DNA from: Alphaproteobacteria bacterium
GTDB lineage: Bacteria; Pseudomonadota; Alphaproteobacteria; CAAHEQ01; UBA3637
Length of the DNA: 64,000 nucleotides
Assembly: GCA_045532865.1 (NCBI GenBank)
Contig: JAZSGT010000028.1
Coordinates: 18,507 to 82,506, forward strand
Reading direction: 5' to 3'
The notes under the pieces were generated by a model. It made no database searches, was not told where the DNA came from, and worked only from the letters and a program-made list of their open reading frames with translations. Both the position numbers and the translations under genes were made by a program. This document shows positions 1-9,471 of the stretch, one piece after another. Each line of letters begins with the position of its first letter. The stretch's first letter is position 1.

Positions 1-2
1 GT

Positions 3-335
3 TTGTTTGAGCCATTGAAATATACAAAAAGAACAAAAAGTATTCAGGAGTTTATTGAAAATTCTGAGTTGTTTGAAATTGATGTTCTAGCATTAAAAAA
101 GGATGGGTTGTTAGATGCTTTATACGTGAGCCCTTCTGTGTTAGAAAAAGCGCCTGAAAATAAAAATGATGAACTTTTGTGTAAACTTTCGGATTTGTCT
201 GAAATTGATTTTTCTCCGAACGATTATGACGTTTTGGATGATGAAAAAGGATGGCGTTTTGCCTTTATCAGATATTATTTCTTAGTAATAAAAGAAGGTG
301 TTATTCCACCTAAATATATTAAATTGGCGAAATAA
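3..335 (+). CDS. hypothetical protein, C-terminal fragment running off the window edge
   Basis: ORF open from base 3 to a TAA at 333-335; no motif recognised. Confidence 0.35.
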   Translation: MFEPLKYTKRTKSIQEFIENSELFEIDVLALKKDGLLDALYVSPSVLEKAPENKNDELLCKLSDLSEIDFSPNDYDVLDDEKGWRFAFIRYYFLVIKEGVIPPKYIKLAK

Positions 336-366
336 AAAAAGTATGAGATAATTTTTTATAAAAATA

Positions 367-395
367 TTGACAACAAAATGTTTTTGTTGTATTTT
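367..395 (+). promoter_or_regulatory. sigma70-like promoter (TTGACA, 17 nt spacer, TATTTT) upstream of the 439 gene
   Basis: ttgaca at 367-372, 17-nt spacer, tatttt at 390-395; RBS aaggagg at 429-435. Confidence 0.4.
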
Positions 396-438
396 GTATA
401 ACATTGATTGGTTGTTATTATTTTGTTAAGGAGGAAAT

Positions 439-1101
439 ATGACACCTGTGGAAAACAAAGCTCTTCATGTGGCTGAAGAATTACATGGAAAAGTAAAATT
501 TGGTAAAAGTTCAACAATGATTGAACAATTAAGAAGAACAAGAGAATTGTTGGCAGAGAATACGGAACTTAAAGGTGATGAAAGGGATATTCTTTTGGCG
601 GCTTCTTGGTTAAATAAATGTCATGAAGCAAAAAGAATTGATACTGAAAATGGTAAAACGCCTTGGACTATTGAGGATGTTGAAAAGCATTTTGGTCAAA
701 AAGTTGCAAAAGTTGTTGGAGAGTTGATGACTGAACCAGACGAACCTGAACACTTGACTAAAATGCAACAATGGACAATTAAAGCAGAGTGGGCTCAAAC
801 ATTGTCACAACCTTCTCAACAAATTTTATTGGCTGAAAAAATTATTAATTATATGCAAACAAGGGATGACCCAACACCAAAATGGTCTGTTGCAAGACAT
901 AAGGAGTATTTAGATTCCCGTGATTTGATGGTTGAAGCGATTAAAAGTGCGAGTCCAAGGTTGTATCAATTATCTCGTGATGTAAAAAAAGAAGCACTTG
1001 TTAGTCTTGAGAAGTTAGCACAAAGACAAGCTCAAGAACAAATTGTAACAACTCAAAGTGTAAAGCATCAAAAGTCTGAAGTTGCTCGTGATGGGCGATA
1101 A
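439..1101 (+). CDS. HD-domain-like protein (RelA/SpoT hydrolase-like fold, possibly degenerate)
   Basis: The N-terminal pattern ALHVAEELHG...H...LLAASWL resembles the HD_4 architecture of the paralog at 40290. The canonical HD dipeptide is not obvious. A strong RBS precedes the start. Confidence 0.45.
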   Translation: MTPVENKALHVAEELHGKVKFGKSSTMIEQLRRTRELLAENTELKGDERDILLAASWLNKCHEAKRIDTENGKTPWTIEDVEKHFGQKVAKVVGELMTEPDEPEHLTKMQQWTIKAEWAQTLSQPSQQILLAEKIINYMQTRDDPTPKWSVARHKEYLDSRDLMVEAIKSASPRLYQLSRDVKKEALVSLEKLAQRQAQEQIVTTQSVKHQKSEVARDGR

Positions 1102-1123
1102 TTTGAATATATTTAAATTAAAC

Positions 1124-1160
1124 AAAAAAGAGTGCTGAAATTTTCAGCACTCTTTTTTGT
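1124..1160 (+). terminator. rho-independent terminator
   Basis: Inverted repeat agagtgctgaaa/tttcagcactct followed by a T-run. Confidence 0.7.
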
Positions 1161-1539
1161 AATAAAAAATAGTTAGTTGGTTTTCTTATAGTAAAAAAGG
1201 CGGAATTTTTCGCTATTAAGGCTTGTATTAAAGAGTTGTTTTGCTTGCAACCATTTGCTTGGAATCAAAATTCCAGCTCATGGGTTATAGCCTGAACCGT
1301 CACGACCTCTTTGTTGGTCATAAGCTCAATGCTACACCCCCTCTTTTTTAAACACAATAAAAAAAGCACCCAAATGGATGCTCTTTCATTGGCCAAAGGG
1401 GGTGGGATTTATTCGCATAAATGCGCTCACCCTTCGGGCCGCCTGCCGGCGTTGCCTTCATTTCGGCCGAACCAGTGGTTCAACCCCGCCCCACGTATAA
1501 ATCAAAAAGGCCAACCTTTCGGCTGACCTTTTTCCTTTA

Positions 1540-1617
1540 TGGTTGCGGGGGTGGGATTTGAACCTCACGACCTCCAGGTTATGAGCCTGGCAAGCTACCG
1601 GACTGCTCTACCCCGCG
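1540..1617 (-). tRNA. tRNA-Met (anticodon CAT), initiator-like with a C1/A72 mismatch and encoded CCA
   Basis: The reverse complement reads CGCGGGGTAGAGCAGTCCGGTAGCTTGCCAGGCTCATAACCTGGAGGTCGTGAGGTTCAAATCCCACCCCCGCAACCA. The anticodon loop is CTCATAA. The 3' acceptor strand CCCCGCA gives C1 opposite A72. The T-loop is TTCAAAT. One extra nucleotide (A) sits in the 5' T-stem strand. Confidence 0.85.
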
Positions 1618-1630
1618 ATAGAATAAGGTA

Positions 1631-1659
1631 AATATACATAATTTTAATATAATTGTCAA
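1631..1659 (-). promoter_or_regulatory. sigma70-like promoter for tRNA-Met
   Basis: On the minus strand: ttgaca, 17 nt, tatatt, then about 13 nt to the tRNA 5' end. Confidence 0.55.
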
Positions 1660-1792
1660 TGCTTTTTTGAAAAAAAATTCATTTTTTTAAGAAATACAAA
1701 AAAAATGAAAGGGATATACTTTTTTCGCTTGCTTTTTTGGAGTTGTCAGTCCATATTAAATCTGTATTTTATTTTTTTTAGAGGAGTTTCAT

Positions 1793-2236
1793 ATGAAAAA
1801 ACAAATTGCTACAATTGTTATGTCATCTGCTCTTTTGCTTTCAGGGTGTGCCAGTTGGTGTGATGAATGTGCAGATGGTTCATGCGAAGTAACATCTAAA
1901 GTTGTTCTTCCTGCTAATGCATTATTCGCTTTTGATTCTGCTGAATTGTCAACTAAAGACATTAATGCTTTGGCCCCTGTTGTTGAAAGAATGACAGAAG
2001 ATAAATCAGAAAAAGTTACTATCAAAGGTTACACAGATAGTACAGGTCCTGCTGCATACAATCTTAAATTGTCAGAACGCCGTGCAGAATCTGTTGCATC
2101 ATACCTTGAATCAAAAGGTGTTTGTGCAACAAGAATTACAACAGAAGGTTATGGCGAAACAAATCCTGTTGCTTCAAATGAAACAGCAGCGGGTCGTGCA
2201 CAAAACCGTCGTGCAGAAGTTATTACATACAAATAA
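1793..2236 (+). CDS. pal: OmpA-family lipoprotein (Pal-like peptidoglycan-associated lipoprotein)
   Basis: Lipobox LLLSGC; OmpA C-terminal motifs (TDSTGPAAYNLKLSERRAESVASYL, NRRAEV); RBS agaggag. Confidence 0.8.
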   Translation: MKKQIATIVMSSALLLSGCASWCDECADGSCEVTSKVVLPANALFAFDSAELSTKDINALAPVVERMTEDKSEKVTIKGYTDSTGPAAYNLKLSERRAESVASYLESKGVCATRITTEGYGETNPVASNETAAGRAQNRRAEVITYK

Positions 2237-2251
2237 TTGTTTGAATCTGTT

Positions 2252-2283
2252 AAAAAAAGCGAGGTCTCCTCGCTTTTTTTTTA
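2252..2283 (+). terminator. rho-independent terminator
   Basis: aagcgagg tctc ctcgctt followed by T9. Confidence 0.75.
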
Positions 2284-2357
2284 TTTCTAAAAAAAAATAA
2301 AAGTATTTATTTTTTTATTTCTCTATGTTATAATAAAATTATATAAGGAGACTAGAA

Positions 2358-3362
2358 ATGAAAAAGATACTTTTATTATGTACTTTTTTGTGTTGTGCCA
2401 CGCCAGTAAAAGCTGATTTTGCTGATGCTGAAAATTATTTTACACAACAGGATTTTTCTCGTGCATTTTCAGAGTTTTTACCCCTTGCAAATAATGGGGA
2501 CTTTCGCTCGCAATATTATGTGGGCTATTTGTATTTAAATGGTTTAGGTGTTTCTCAAGATATAAGAGAAGCTATTCGTTATTTGAAAGATTCTGCCGAT
2601 CAAAATTATGATATGGCACAGGCTTTACTTGCTTTTTTATATGAAGAAGGGCATGCAGTACCACAAGATAAAGAAAAGGCATTGGAGCTTTATAAGTTGG
2701 CTGCTGCTCAAAGTAATGCTTCGGCAAATTTGAATCTAGGGGTGATGTATTATAATGGTTCAAATGTTGAAAAAAATCATAGTGTTGCATTGGAGTATTT
2801 TAAAAAAGTTCCATTAGAGGAAAAGCCAATTGTCGCTCGTTATATTGGGGATATCTATTTAAATAACGTTGATTTAAAAGATTATAGAAGTGCGTTGTAT
2901 TATTATTCAGTTGCTGCTGCTACGGGTGACTTAGATGCTTTTTTTGCATTAGGTGAAATTCATCGTAAGGGTTTAGGTGTTCCAAAAAGTGTAACAAAGG
3001 CACTTCCTTATTACAAATATGCTGCATCAAGAGGTTATGCGCCTGCTCAGTATATGCTTGGAATTGTTTTTGCAAATGGTGATGGTGTTACCAAAGACGT
3101 TGGTAAAGCTTATGCGTGGATTTCATTTGCAGCTGAGCAAAAGTTTATTAATGCGGAAAAAGCAATTGAACAACTTTCAGCCAACATGTCAATTTCTGAT
3201 TTTGACCAAGCACGGCGCCAGATTGCATTGATACAAGATAATGAAATGGGAAAAATGGCAATGCCTGTTATTTCTAAAGTTTCATTAAAGTCGGACGAAA
3301 AACAAACTCATAATAAAGCAGGAAATAGACGGCGTAGAGGGGTTCGTTCTAGGAGGAAATAA
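2358..3362 (+). CDS. Sel1-repeat (TPR-like) protein with signal peptide
   Basis: Repeated Sel1 motifs (AxxxYxxAAxxGxxxAQxxLGxxY...G); N-terminal signal peptide; basic C-terminal tail. Confidence 0.8.
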   Translation: MKKILLLCTFLCCATPVKADFADAENYFTQQDFSRAFSEFLPLANNGDFRSQYYVGYLYLNGLGVSQDIREAIRYLKDSADQNYDMAQALLAFLYEEGHAVPQDKEKALELYKLAAAQSNASANLNLGVMYYNGSNVEKNHSVALEYFKKVPLEEKPIVARYIGDIYLNNVDLKDYRSALYYYSVAAATGDLDAFFALGEIHRKGLGVPKSVTKALPYYKYAASRGYAPAQYMLGIVFANGDGVTKDVGKAYAWISFAAEQKFINAEKAIEQLSANMSISDFDQARRQIALIQDNEMGKMAMPVISKVSLKSDEKQTHNKAGNRRRRGVRSRRK

Positions 3363-3676
3363 TGTTAACCAATTTTTTTAAACACTTATTCTCATTTAAT
3401 ATTGCAAGTTTTGCTGGAATTATTGTGGGGTGGATGTTGTTTATGACATATACAGGTTCGATGCCTTTGCCTCCACTGCTTTTTTCTCGTGAGCTTTATG
3501 TTATGGGGTTGCTGGGTGTATCTATTTTTCACTTCTTTTTATGGGTGTTGTTAGATAAAGCGAGTTTTTATAATATTAAAAACAGAATGAAAGATTTAGT
3601 AGTAGATTATATGGTCTTAATGGCTGTAACAACTTGTTTTTGTTCTATGCTTTTTTTAATTAATACATTCTACTAA
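3362..3676 (+). CDS. small membrane protein, hypothetical
   Basis: ATG overlaps the upstream stop (ataATGtta); three predicted TM helices. Confidence 0.35.
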   Translation: MLTNFFKHLFSFNIASFAGIIVGWMLFMTYTGSMPLPPLLFSRELYVMGLLGVSIFHFFLWVLLDKASFYNIKNRMKDLVVDYMVLMAVTTCFCSMLFLINTFY

Positions 3677-4464
3677 TCTTTAACATTTTTATATGCTTGG
3701 GTTAGATCTAAATCATTTAGATCGCCATTGATGAAACGCAACACCTTTTTTTTCAAAATAGTTCGTTCAGGTGTATTTTCATCTAAATCTAAACTCATAA
3801 GATACGAATCGTATTTTTGAAATAAACCATAATCTTTAATTGTTACAGAAAGAGGGGTAGCGCTTGAATAAAAAGAATAGAAAAGCCCCTCGTTTTGAGT
3901 TTGAGTTGGATTAATTCTTGTTTTAAAATCAATATCGATTAATTGAGGATTGATAATTTGGCCATAAGTAATCAAACTGTCTCCTTTTTGTTTTATAACT
4001 AATGAGATATTTAGTTTTAATTCATCAATGTTTGATAGTGCCAAACTTTGCAAAGGTTTTTGAAAGGAATCAATAATTGGTTGGTAATTTTCTAGTTCTT
4101 CAATAATATGAATATTGTGATTTTTTCGTAAAGAATTTAAAACGTTTACATGGGTATTTATCATGCGAATATGAATAAAATCACTTTGCTGTTTTACAAC
4201 CATCTTTTCAATTAAATGATCAACGGCAATGTTTGGAAAAGTTACTTTATAGAAAATAATCCCATCACCAAAAAAAGGTTTTGAAACATTTTTATATTTC
4301 ATATCCACAGGGTTGATCTGATATGTTTTAAACAAGTTTGTAATACTTTTTTTTGTGTGAATATGTTGATATGAAATGAATGTGATACACAAAAAAGAAA
4401 TAGAAAATAAACAAGAATAAAATAAATTTGTAATGATAGCACTGGGATGTATTGAGATAGTCAT
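3673..4464 (-). CDS. hypothetical protein with N-terminal TM anchor
   Basis: Long ORF with no competing ORF; hydrophobic N-terminus. Confidence 0.45.
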   Translation of the reverse strand: MTISIHPSAIITNLFYSCLFSISFLCITFISYQHIHTKKSITNLFKTYQINPVDMKYKNVSKPFFGDGIIFYKVTFPNIAVDHLIEKMVVKQQSDFIHIRMINTHVNVLNSLRKNHNIHIIEELENYQPIIDSFQKPLQSLALSNIDELKLNISLVIKQKGDSLITYGQIINPQLIDIDFKTRINPTQTQNEGLFYSFYSSATPLSVTIKDYGLFQKYDSYLMSLDLDENTPERTILKKKVLRFINGDLNDLDLTQAYKNVKD

Positions 4465-4484
4465 TTTTTAGTATTTATTTAAAC

Positions 4485-5843
4485 TCATTTGTCTACCTCG
4501 CAGAGTTTATTTTTGCAGGACTGAATTGTTTTTACTTTAATAGTCCCACGATAAAATGGAGTTTGATTGTTTGTATTAAGCATTCCTACTATTTTATACC
4601 ACCCATTTTTTAATACTTTTCCTTGAATAATTAATGGTAATGGTTTTGTTGTGTAACTTGCTTTATTACTGTTAGATGAAATATATCCAATAAAACTAAC
4701 AGGTACGGGCTCTTTTTTTACTTTTGACAAAATACATTGATGAGCTATGGGGTGTTCTTCTTGTTTTATAGTTTCTTTTTCTTTATGTTGATAGCTTTTT
4801 TGTGGTATAGGAAATGAAAAAAGAGCAGAATTCATTTCCTGTTGTTTTAGATCATTTTGGGGTGTTTGAATTTCTTCATCAAAAGTGTCAAATGATACAG
4901 GATGTTTTGTTTTTAAAATAGGAGTTGTTTCTATTTGATTAATTTTATTTGTTAATAAATTTTCTTCTTGTTTAGAAAAATCGTTGTCTGCAAAGTTTAT
5001 TGAATGTTGATTTTTAGTAACATTTTTAAATGGAAGTAAATCTATTTTTTTTGTCAGCGATGCACGTAATGCATCTAAGTCTTTTTCTTGTGGTGAAATA
5101 ATATCTTCTAAATTTGCAATTTCAATTGTTTTTGAATAGTGTCCAGATTTTTTGAGAGCTTCTTCTTGCCAGGTATCTTTGCTTGTATGATTTTTTAAAT
5201 CTATTTCAGAGTAAAAAACAATATCTTCTTGTTTTGGTTCAATTACAGGGCTTACAAAAAGCATAACCTTATCTGCAACGGGACAAATAGAACGAACATG
5301 TTTTTCAATATTTTTGAAAATGAGTTGTTGACGTTTTTTGTTGGCGAAAGCTGGGATTTGCTCTGTGACAATAAGCAAACGAAAAGGATCGCAGACATGA
5401 AAGCTGCCGTAATCTCCATTTTGGTTTTTTTTAGCAACCATTTGGCCAATATAATCCATATCATTTAAATCATCTTTGGCGAGTAAAAAGGTTGCTTTTT
5501 GCACCCCAAGTTCTTCAGAAAATCTTGTTAAAAAAGGCGCGTCAACAAAAGCATCTCCTGTCCAATATCCGTAGGAAAAATAACCATAAACTTTTTCTGT
5601 TGGTTGGGAAAAAGCATCAAATATGGTGATGTCATGATATCCTTCAATCCATCCATTGTTTGGACAATTTAAGTGATTTGCTGTAAAATGCCATCCTTTA
5701 GCATTTTTTTCAGTAAGATAGCGCATTTTACAAGAGCCATCTTTAGATGGAATTTGTTGTTCCTCTAATAAAAAAGCTAATGCTAAATGAGAGAAACTAC
5801 AAATAAAAAATATTACAAAAAGAAAAAATGTCTTTATTTTCAT
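4485..5843 (-). CDS. hypothetical secreted protein
   Basis: Signal peptide MKIKTFFLFVIFFICSFSHLALA; 452-aa ORF; no recognisable domain. Confidence 0.5.
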   Translation of the reverse strand: MKIKTFFLFVIFFICSFSHLALAFLLEEQQIPSKDGSCKMRYLTEKNAKGWHFTANHLNCPNNGWIEGYHDITIFDAFSQPTEKVYGYFSYGYWTGDAFVDAPFLTRFSEELGVQKATFLLAKDDLNDMDYIGQMVAKKNQNGDYGSFHVCDPFRLLIVTEQIPAFANKKRQQLIFKNIEKHVRSICPVADKVMLFVSPVIEPKQEDIVFYSEIDLKNHTSKDTWQEEALKKSGHYSKTIEIANLEDIISPQEKDLDALRASLTKKIDLLPFKNVTKNQHSINFADNDFSKQEENLLTNKINQIETTPILKTKHPVSFDTFDEEIQTPQNDLKQQEMNSALFSFPIPQKSYQHKEKETIKQEEHPIAHQCILSKVKKEPVPVSFIGYISSNSNKASYTTKPLPLIIQGKVLKNGWYKIVGMLNTNNQTPFYRGTIKVKTIQSCKNKLCEVDK

Positions 5844-5902
5844 ATCTTATATTATACGTGTCTTTTTATAAAAATCAACAAAACTTTTTTTATGACTTTT
5901 TG

Positions 5903-7486
5903 TTAATTTTCTTTTGGAATAACAAGACAACCTATTTTACTTTGTTTTAGTTTTCTGCAGGCATTTTGAGCTGCTTTTTTAGAATAAAACCCATAAATTC
6001 TTGAGCGATAATAATTGGCTGTTTGGGGTGTTAAAATTTGTTTGTTGCGTATTTTTAAAATGCGTGATGCTCGTTTGGCTTGTTGTTCAGAAATATCTTT
6101 TGTTTTAAATGCACCAACTTGAATACCCCAGCCACTTGGTTTTTCTTCTTGAGACAAATTTTCTTTAGGGGTTAGTTGATTGATAATGGGGTGTTGTGAT
6201 TCGTTTGTTTGATCTATCTGTTCTTGATGTTGAATAAAATCAACTTGTTTTGAATCTTGAGTTTCGGTTGATGTTGAGATTTTGTTTTCTTCTATTTCTG
6301 GTTCTGTTTGATTAAGAGATTCAGATTTGTTTTTATTAGATTCATCATTTTTAATTTCAGATAAGTCATTGGAATCTTGATGAATTGTATTGCTTTCTTT
6401 TTCAAAATCTTCTTCAGCTTTAATATTACTTCCTTGATCAATTAAAGAATTTTCTATTTTAAGGGTTTCTACAGTTTGTTGTGTAAGTAGGGGTTCTTTT
6501 GCTGAGTTGTTTTCGGCTGCGATCGCTGTTTTTGAGACAAAAGGATTTAACGCTAATAACTTGCTGCGATTGATATGTTTGTTTGATTTTAAAACACTAT
6601 CAAGACGTTTAGCCATAACGATAAGTAAGGGAGTCATATCTGGTTTTTCAAGAAGTGCTTCTTTATTTAAAATTTCTTTACTCTTTGAAGTTTTTTTCTG
6701 TTTGATTTTTGAAAAACCTTTATCAAGCAAATTCATTGCTTGTCGATCGCGAAGTGCGACAGTATCTTGTCCAATTACAACAGAAACGAGGCGATTGTTG
6801 TTTCTTTTTGCTGTTGAAATGATATTGTATCCAACTGCAGAAATGTAACCTGTTTTTAAACCTTCAGCTCCCTTATATTTTTTTTGTACGTGGTTGTGAG
6901 AACGATAAGTTCTGCCTCTATACGAAAAGGTTCGTTTTGAAAATAATTTATAGTGATGAGGAAAATGGTGTATCATTGCCATGGCTAAAATAGCCATATC
7001 TTGAGCTGTTGTTACTTGATCTGGATTGTGTAATCCTGATGCATTTTTAAATGTTGTGCTTTTAAGCCCTAAGGAATGAGCAGTTTTTGTCATCATTTGG
7101 GCAAATTCAGCTTCGCTTGGGGCGAGCGCTTCAGCAAGAACAACAGCTACATCATTTGCTGAGATAATAATCAAAGCCATGATTGCATCCCGAACAGAAA
7201 TAGTTTGTCCTGCTTTTACGTAAAGTTTTGACCTTGGTTGTCTAGCTGCTTTTAAAGAAACAGGTAGTCTGTCATCCATTTTAAGAATGCCTTTGTCAAT
7301 AGCACTAAAAGTGAGGTACAAAGTCATAACCTTTGTTAAAGATGCAGGGTATTGTTGAACTTGAGCATTTTTTGAAGAAAGAATGAGTCCACTTTTTGTA
7401 TCAGCCACTAATGTTGAAACACTTGTTTGTCCCATGAGTGGGTACAAAAACACTGATGCAAAAATAAGCAGTTTAAAAAATCTCAT
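5903..7486 (-). CDS. D-alanyl-D-alanine carboxypeptidase (PBP5/6 family, peptidase S11) with C-terminal SPOR domain
   Basis: SxxK (ASLTK), SxN (SAND) and KTG motifs; C-terminal SGWGIQVGAFKTKD...SPOR-like segment; signal peptide. Confidence 0.8.
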   Translation of the reverse strand: MRFFKLLIFASVFLYPLMGQTSVSTLVADTKSGLILSSKNAQVQQYPASLTKVMTLYLTFSAIDKGILKMDDRLPVSLKAARQPRSKLYVKAGQTISVRDAIMALIIISANDVAVVLAEALAPSEAEFAQMMTKTAHSLGLKSTTFKNASGLHNPDQVTTAQDMAILAMAMIHHFPHHYKLFSKRTFSYRGRTYRSHNHVQKKYKGAEGLKTGYISAVGYNIISTAKRNNNRLVSVVIGQDTVALRDRQAMNLLDKGFSKIKQKKTSKSKEILNKEALLEKPDMTPLLIVMAKRLDSVLKSNKHINRSKLLALNPFVSKTAIAAENNSAKEPLLTQQTVETLKIENSLIDQGSNIKAEEDFEKESNTIHQDSNDLSEIKNDESNKNKSESLNQTEPEIEENKISTSTETQDSKQVDFIQHQEQIDQTNESQHPIINQLTPKENLSQEEKPSGWGIQVGAFKTKDISEQQAKRASRILKIRNKQILTPQTANYYRSRIYGFYSKKAAQNACRKLKQSKIGCLVIPKEN

Positions 7487-7605
7487 TTTTCCCCTTTGTT
7501 TAGTCTCAAATCAATCCCTTTATTATAATTTACTATAAATTGATTTGTTTTTTTTTACAACAAATAATCGTTGATTTTAGTATATTTTTTTATCATATTA
7601 ACAGT

Positions 7606-9432
7606 ATGCAAATAAATAATGAACAAAAAGGCGTTTTATTTCTTAAAGAAAAGATAAAATCTGTTTCTTATAAAGCAGGTGTTTATCGTATGATTGGTGA
7701 AGATGGTAGAGTTCTTTACGTTGGAAAAGCCAAAAATTTAAAAAACAGATTACTTAATTATACAAGGCCAGAAAAATTGTCTTATCGTATTCAACAAATG
7801 GTGAGTGAAACTGTTGATTTGATTGTGATTGAAACAGCTGGTGAAACAGAAGCTTTTTTGTTGGAAAACGATTTAATCAAAGAATTTCATCCCTATTATA
7901 ACATTTTGTTAAAAGATGATAAAAGTTATCCATATATTATTATTACGAATGATGAATATCCAAGGTTAATAAAGTATAGAGGAAGTCGAAAAGTAAAGGG
8001 AACCTATTTTGGACCATTTTCATCTGTTTATGCAGTTAAACAATCTTTAACAGAATTACAAAAGATTTTTGGATTAAGAACATGCACAGATTCTTATTTT
8101 AAAAACAGAACAAGACCTTGTTTATTATATCAAATAAAAAGATGTATGGGACCTTGTTGTCAGTGTGTTTCTAAAGAAGAATATCTAGAAAAAGTAAATG
8201 ATGCAAAATTGTTTATGAAAGGCGAAAAAACAGATATTCAAGTTAAGTTAAAAAAAGAAATGGATGTCTTTTCAGAGCAAATGGAATATGAAAAAGCAGC
8301 TATTGTAAGAGATAAAATTTTAGCACTTAATCAAATTCAAAACACGAATTCAGAAGTTGTTTTGAAAAATACAGATCTGGTTGCTTTATATGTTAATGGG
8401 TATCAAGCAGGTGTTGAAATTTTCTTTTATAGAGGAGGAAGAGCTCAAGGAAATATATTTCACTTACTTACAGATATTGATGAAGAAAATCCACAAGAAT
8501 CGTTGGCCTCATTTTTAATGCAGTTTTATGATTCAATTCTTCCTCCAAAATATATTTTACTTTCTTGTGATGTGCCACAAGGATTGTCTGAGGCGTTGTC
8601 TCAAAGGGCGAATTTTCTTGTTCATGTGGATAAGGTTCCTGTACGTGGTGCAAAATTTAAATTAATGCAACAAACTCTTAAAAATGCCCAAAAATCATTT
8701 GATCAACAGATGAATGAAAAAGAAATAAAAGAAAGTGTTTGGGAAGAGTTAAGAAACTTATTGCAAATTGAGAATCTTGAAAAAGTTGAAATTTATGATA
8801 ATAGTCATATGCAAGGGACAGCAGCAGTTGGAGCAATGGTGTGTGCTTCTATTAAAGGGTTTGAAAAAAATAATTATCGTAGATTTAATATTGATGGAAC
8901 AATGGCAAAAACCAATGATGATTTTGGCATGATGAAAGAAGTCATGTATCGCAGATTAACAAGAGGGTTAAAAGAAAATAATTTGCCTTCAGCCATGTTG
9001 ATTGATGGCGGCAAAGGACAGCTTTCCTCTGTTTTGGAAATTATGAAAGAATTAAATATAACAACGGTTGCTGTTTTGGCTGTTGCGAAAGGTGAGGAAC
9101 GTAATAAAGGAAAAGAAACACTCTTTTTGGGAACGAATCCTCAAACGCCAATTCATTTGGATTTGAAAAGTGATTTAATTCATTTGATTCAACGTTTAAG
9201 AGATGAAGCACATCGTTTTGCAATTGGGTCACATAGAAAAAGGAGGGCTCAAAATATGTTTCACGAAACTTTGCTTGATATTGAAGGGGTTGGTAAAAAA
9301 AGAAAGAAAGATTTGCTTGCTCATTTTGGCTCGCCAAAGGCAATTGCTGGCGCTTCAATTGAACAAATTATGAAAGTTGAAGGAATAAGTGAAAAAATTG
9401 CAAAAAAAATATATACATTTTATCATGATTAG
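7606..9432 (+). CDS. uvrC: excinuclease ABC subunit C
   Basis: GIY-YIG N-terminus (GVYRMIGEDGRVLYVGKAKNLKNRL); UvrC C-terminal HhH; start trimmed to the ATG at 7606. Confidence 0.9.
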   Translation: MQINNEQKGVLFLKEKIKSVSYKAGVYRMIGEDGRVLYVGKAKNLKNRLLNYTRPEKLSYRIQQMVSETVDLIVIETAGETEAFLLENDLIKEFHPYYNILLKDDKSYPYIIITNDEYPRLIKYRGSRKVKGTYFGPFSSVYAVKQSLTELQKIFGLRTCTDSYFKNRTRPCLLYQIKRCMGPCCQCVSKEEYLEKVNDAKLFMKGEKTDIQVKLKKEMDVFSEQMEYEKAAIVRDKILALNQIQNTNSEVVLKNTDLVALYVNGYQAGVEIFFYRGGRAQGNIFHLLTDIDEENPQESLASFLMQFYDSILPPKYILLSCDVPQGLSEALSQRANFLVHVDKVPVRGAKFKLMQQTLKNAQKSFDQQMNEKEIKESVWEELRNLLQIENLEKVEIYDNSHMQGTAAVGAMVCASIKGFEKNNYRRFNIDGTMAKTNDDFGMMKEVMYRRLTRGLKENNLPSAMLIDGGKGQLSSVLEIMKELNITTVAVLAVAKGEERNKGKETLFLGTNPQTPIHLDLKSDLIHLIQRLRDEAHRFAIGSHRKRRAQNMFHETLLDIEGVGKKRKKDLLAHFGSPKAIAGASIEQIMKVEGISEKIAKKIYTFYHD

Positions 9433-9471
9433 GTTATAACAAAAAAAGATAGTTTATAAATGAGGTGAGAT

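Noticed and set aside
1311-1526. 71-aa ORF in the GC-rich island
   Set aside because: No RBS, odd composition, and it lies across inverted repeats. Treated as a non-coding structured region instead.
1280-1535. Two-piece tmRNA (ssrA) assignment for the GC-rich island
   Set aside because: I could not find a tag-peptide reading frame ending in Ala-Ala plus stop, nor a convincing T-arm/acceptor with CCA. Left as an unidentified candidate RNA.
5229-6848. Antisense or small ORFs inside larger genes (e.g. 5229-5468, 5252-5464, 6507-6848, 8468-8653, 9041-9358, 23433-24228, 27036-28604, 29703-30680, 32317-32871, 50376-51109, 54467-55028)
   Set aside because: They are entirely embedded in longer, motif-bearing ORFs on the other strand or in another frame, and have no RBS. 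These are typical AT-rich spurious ORFs.
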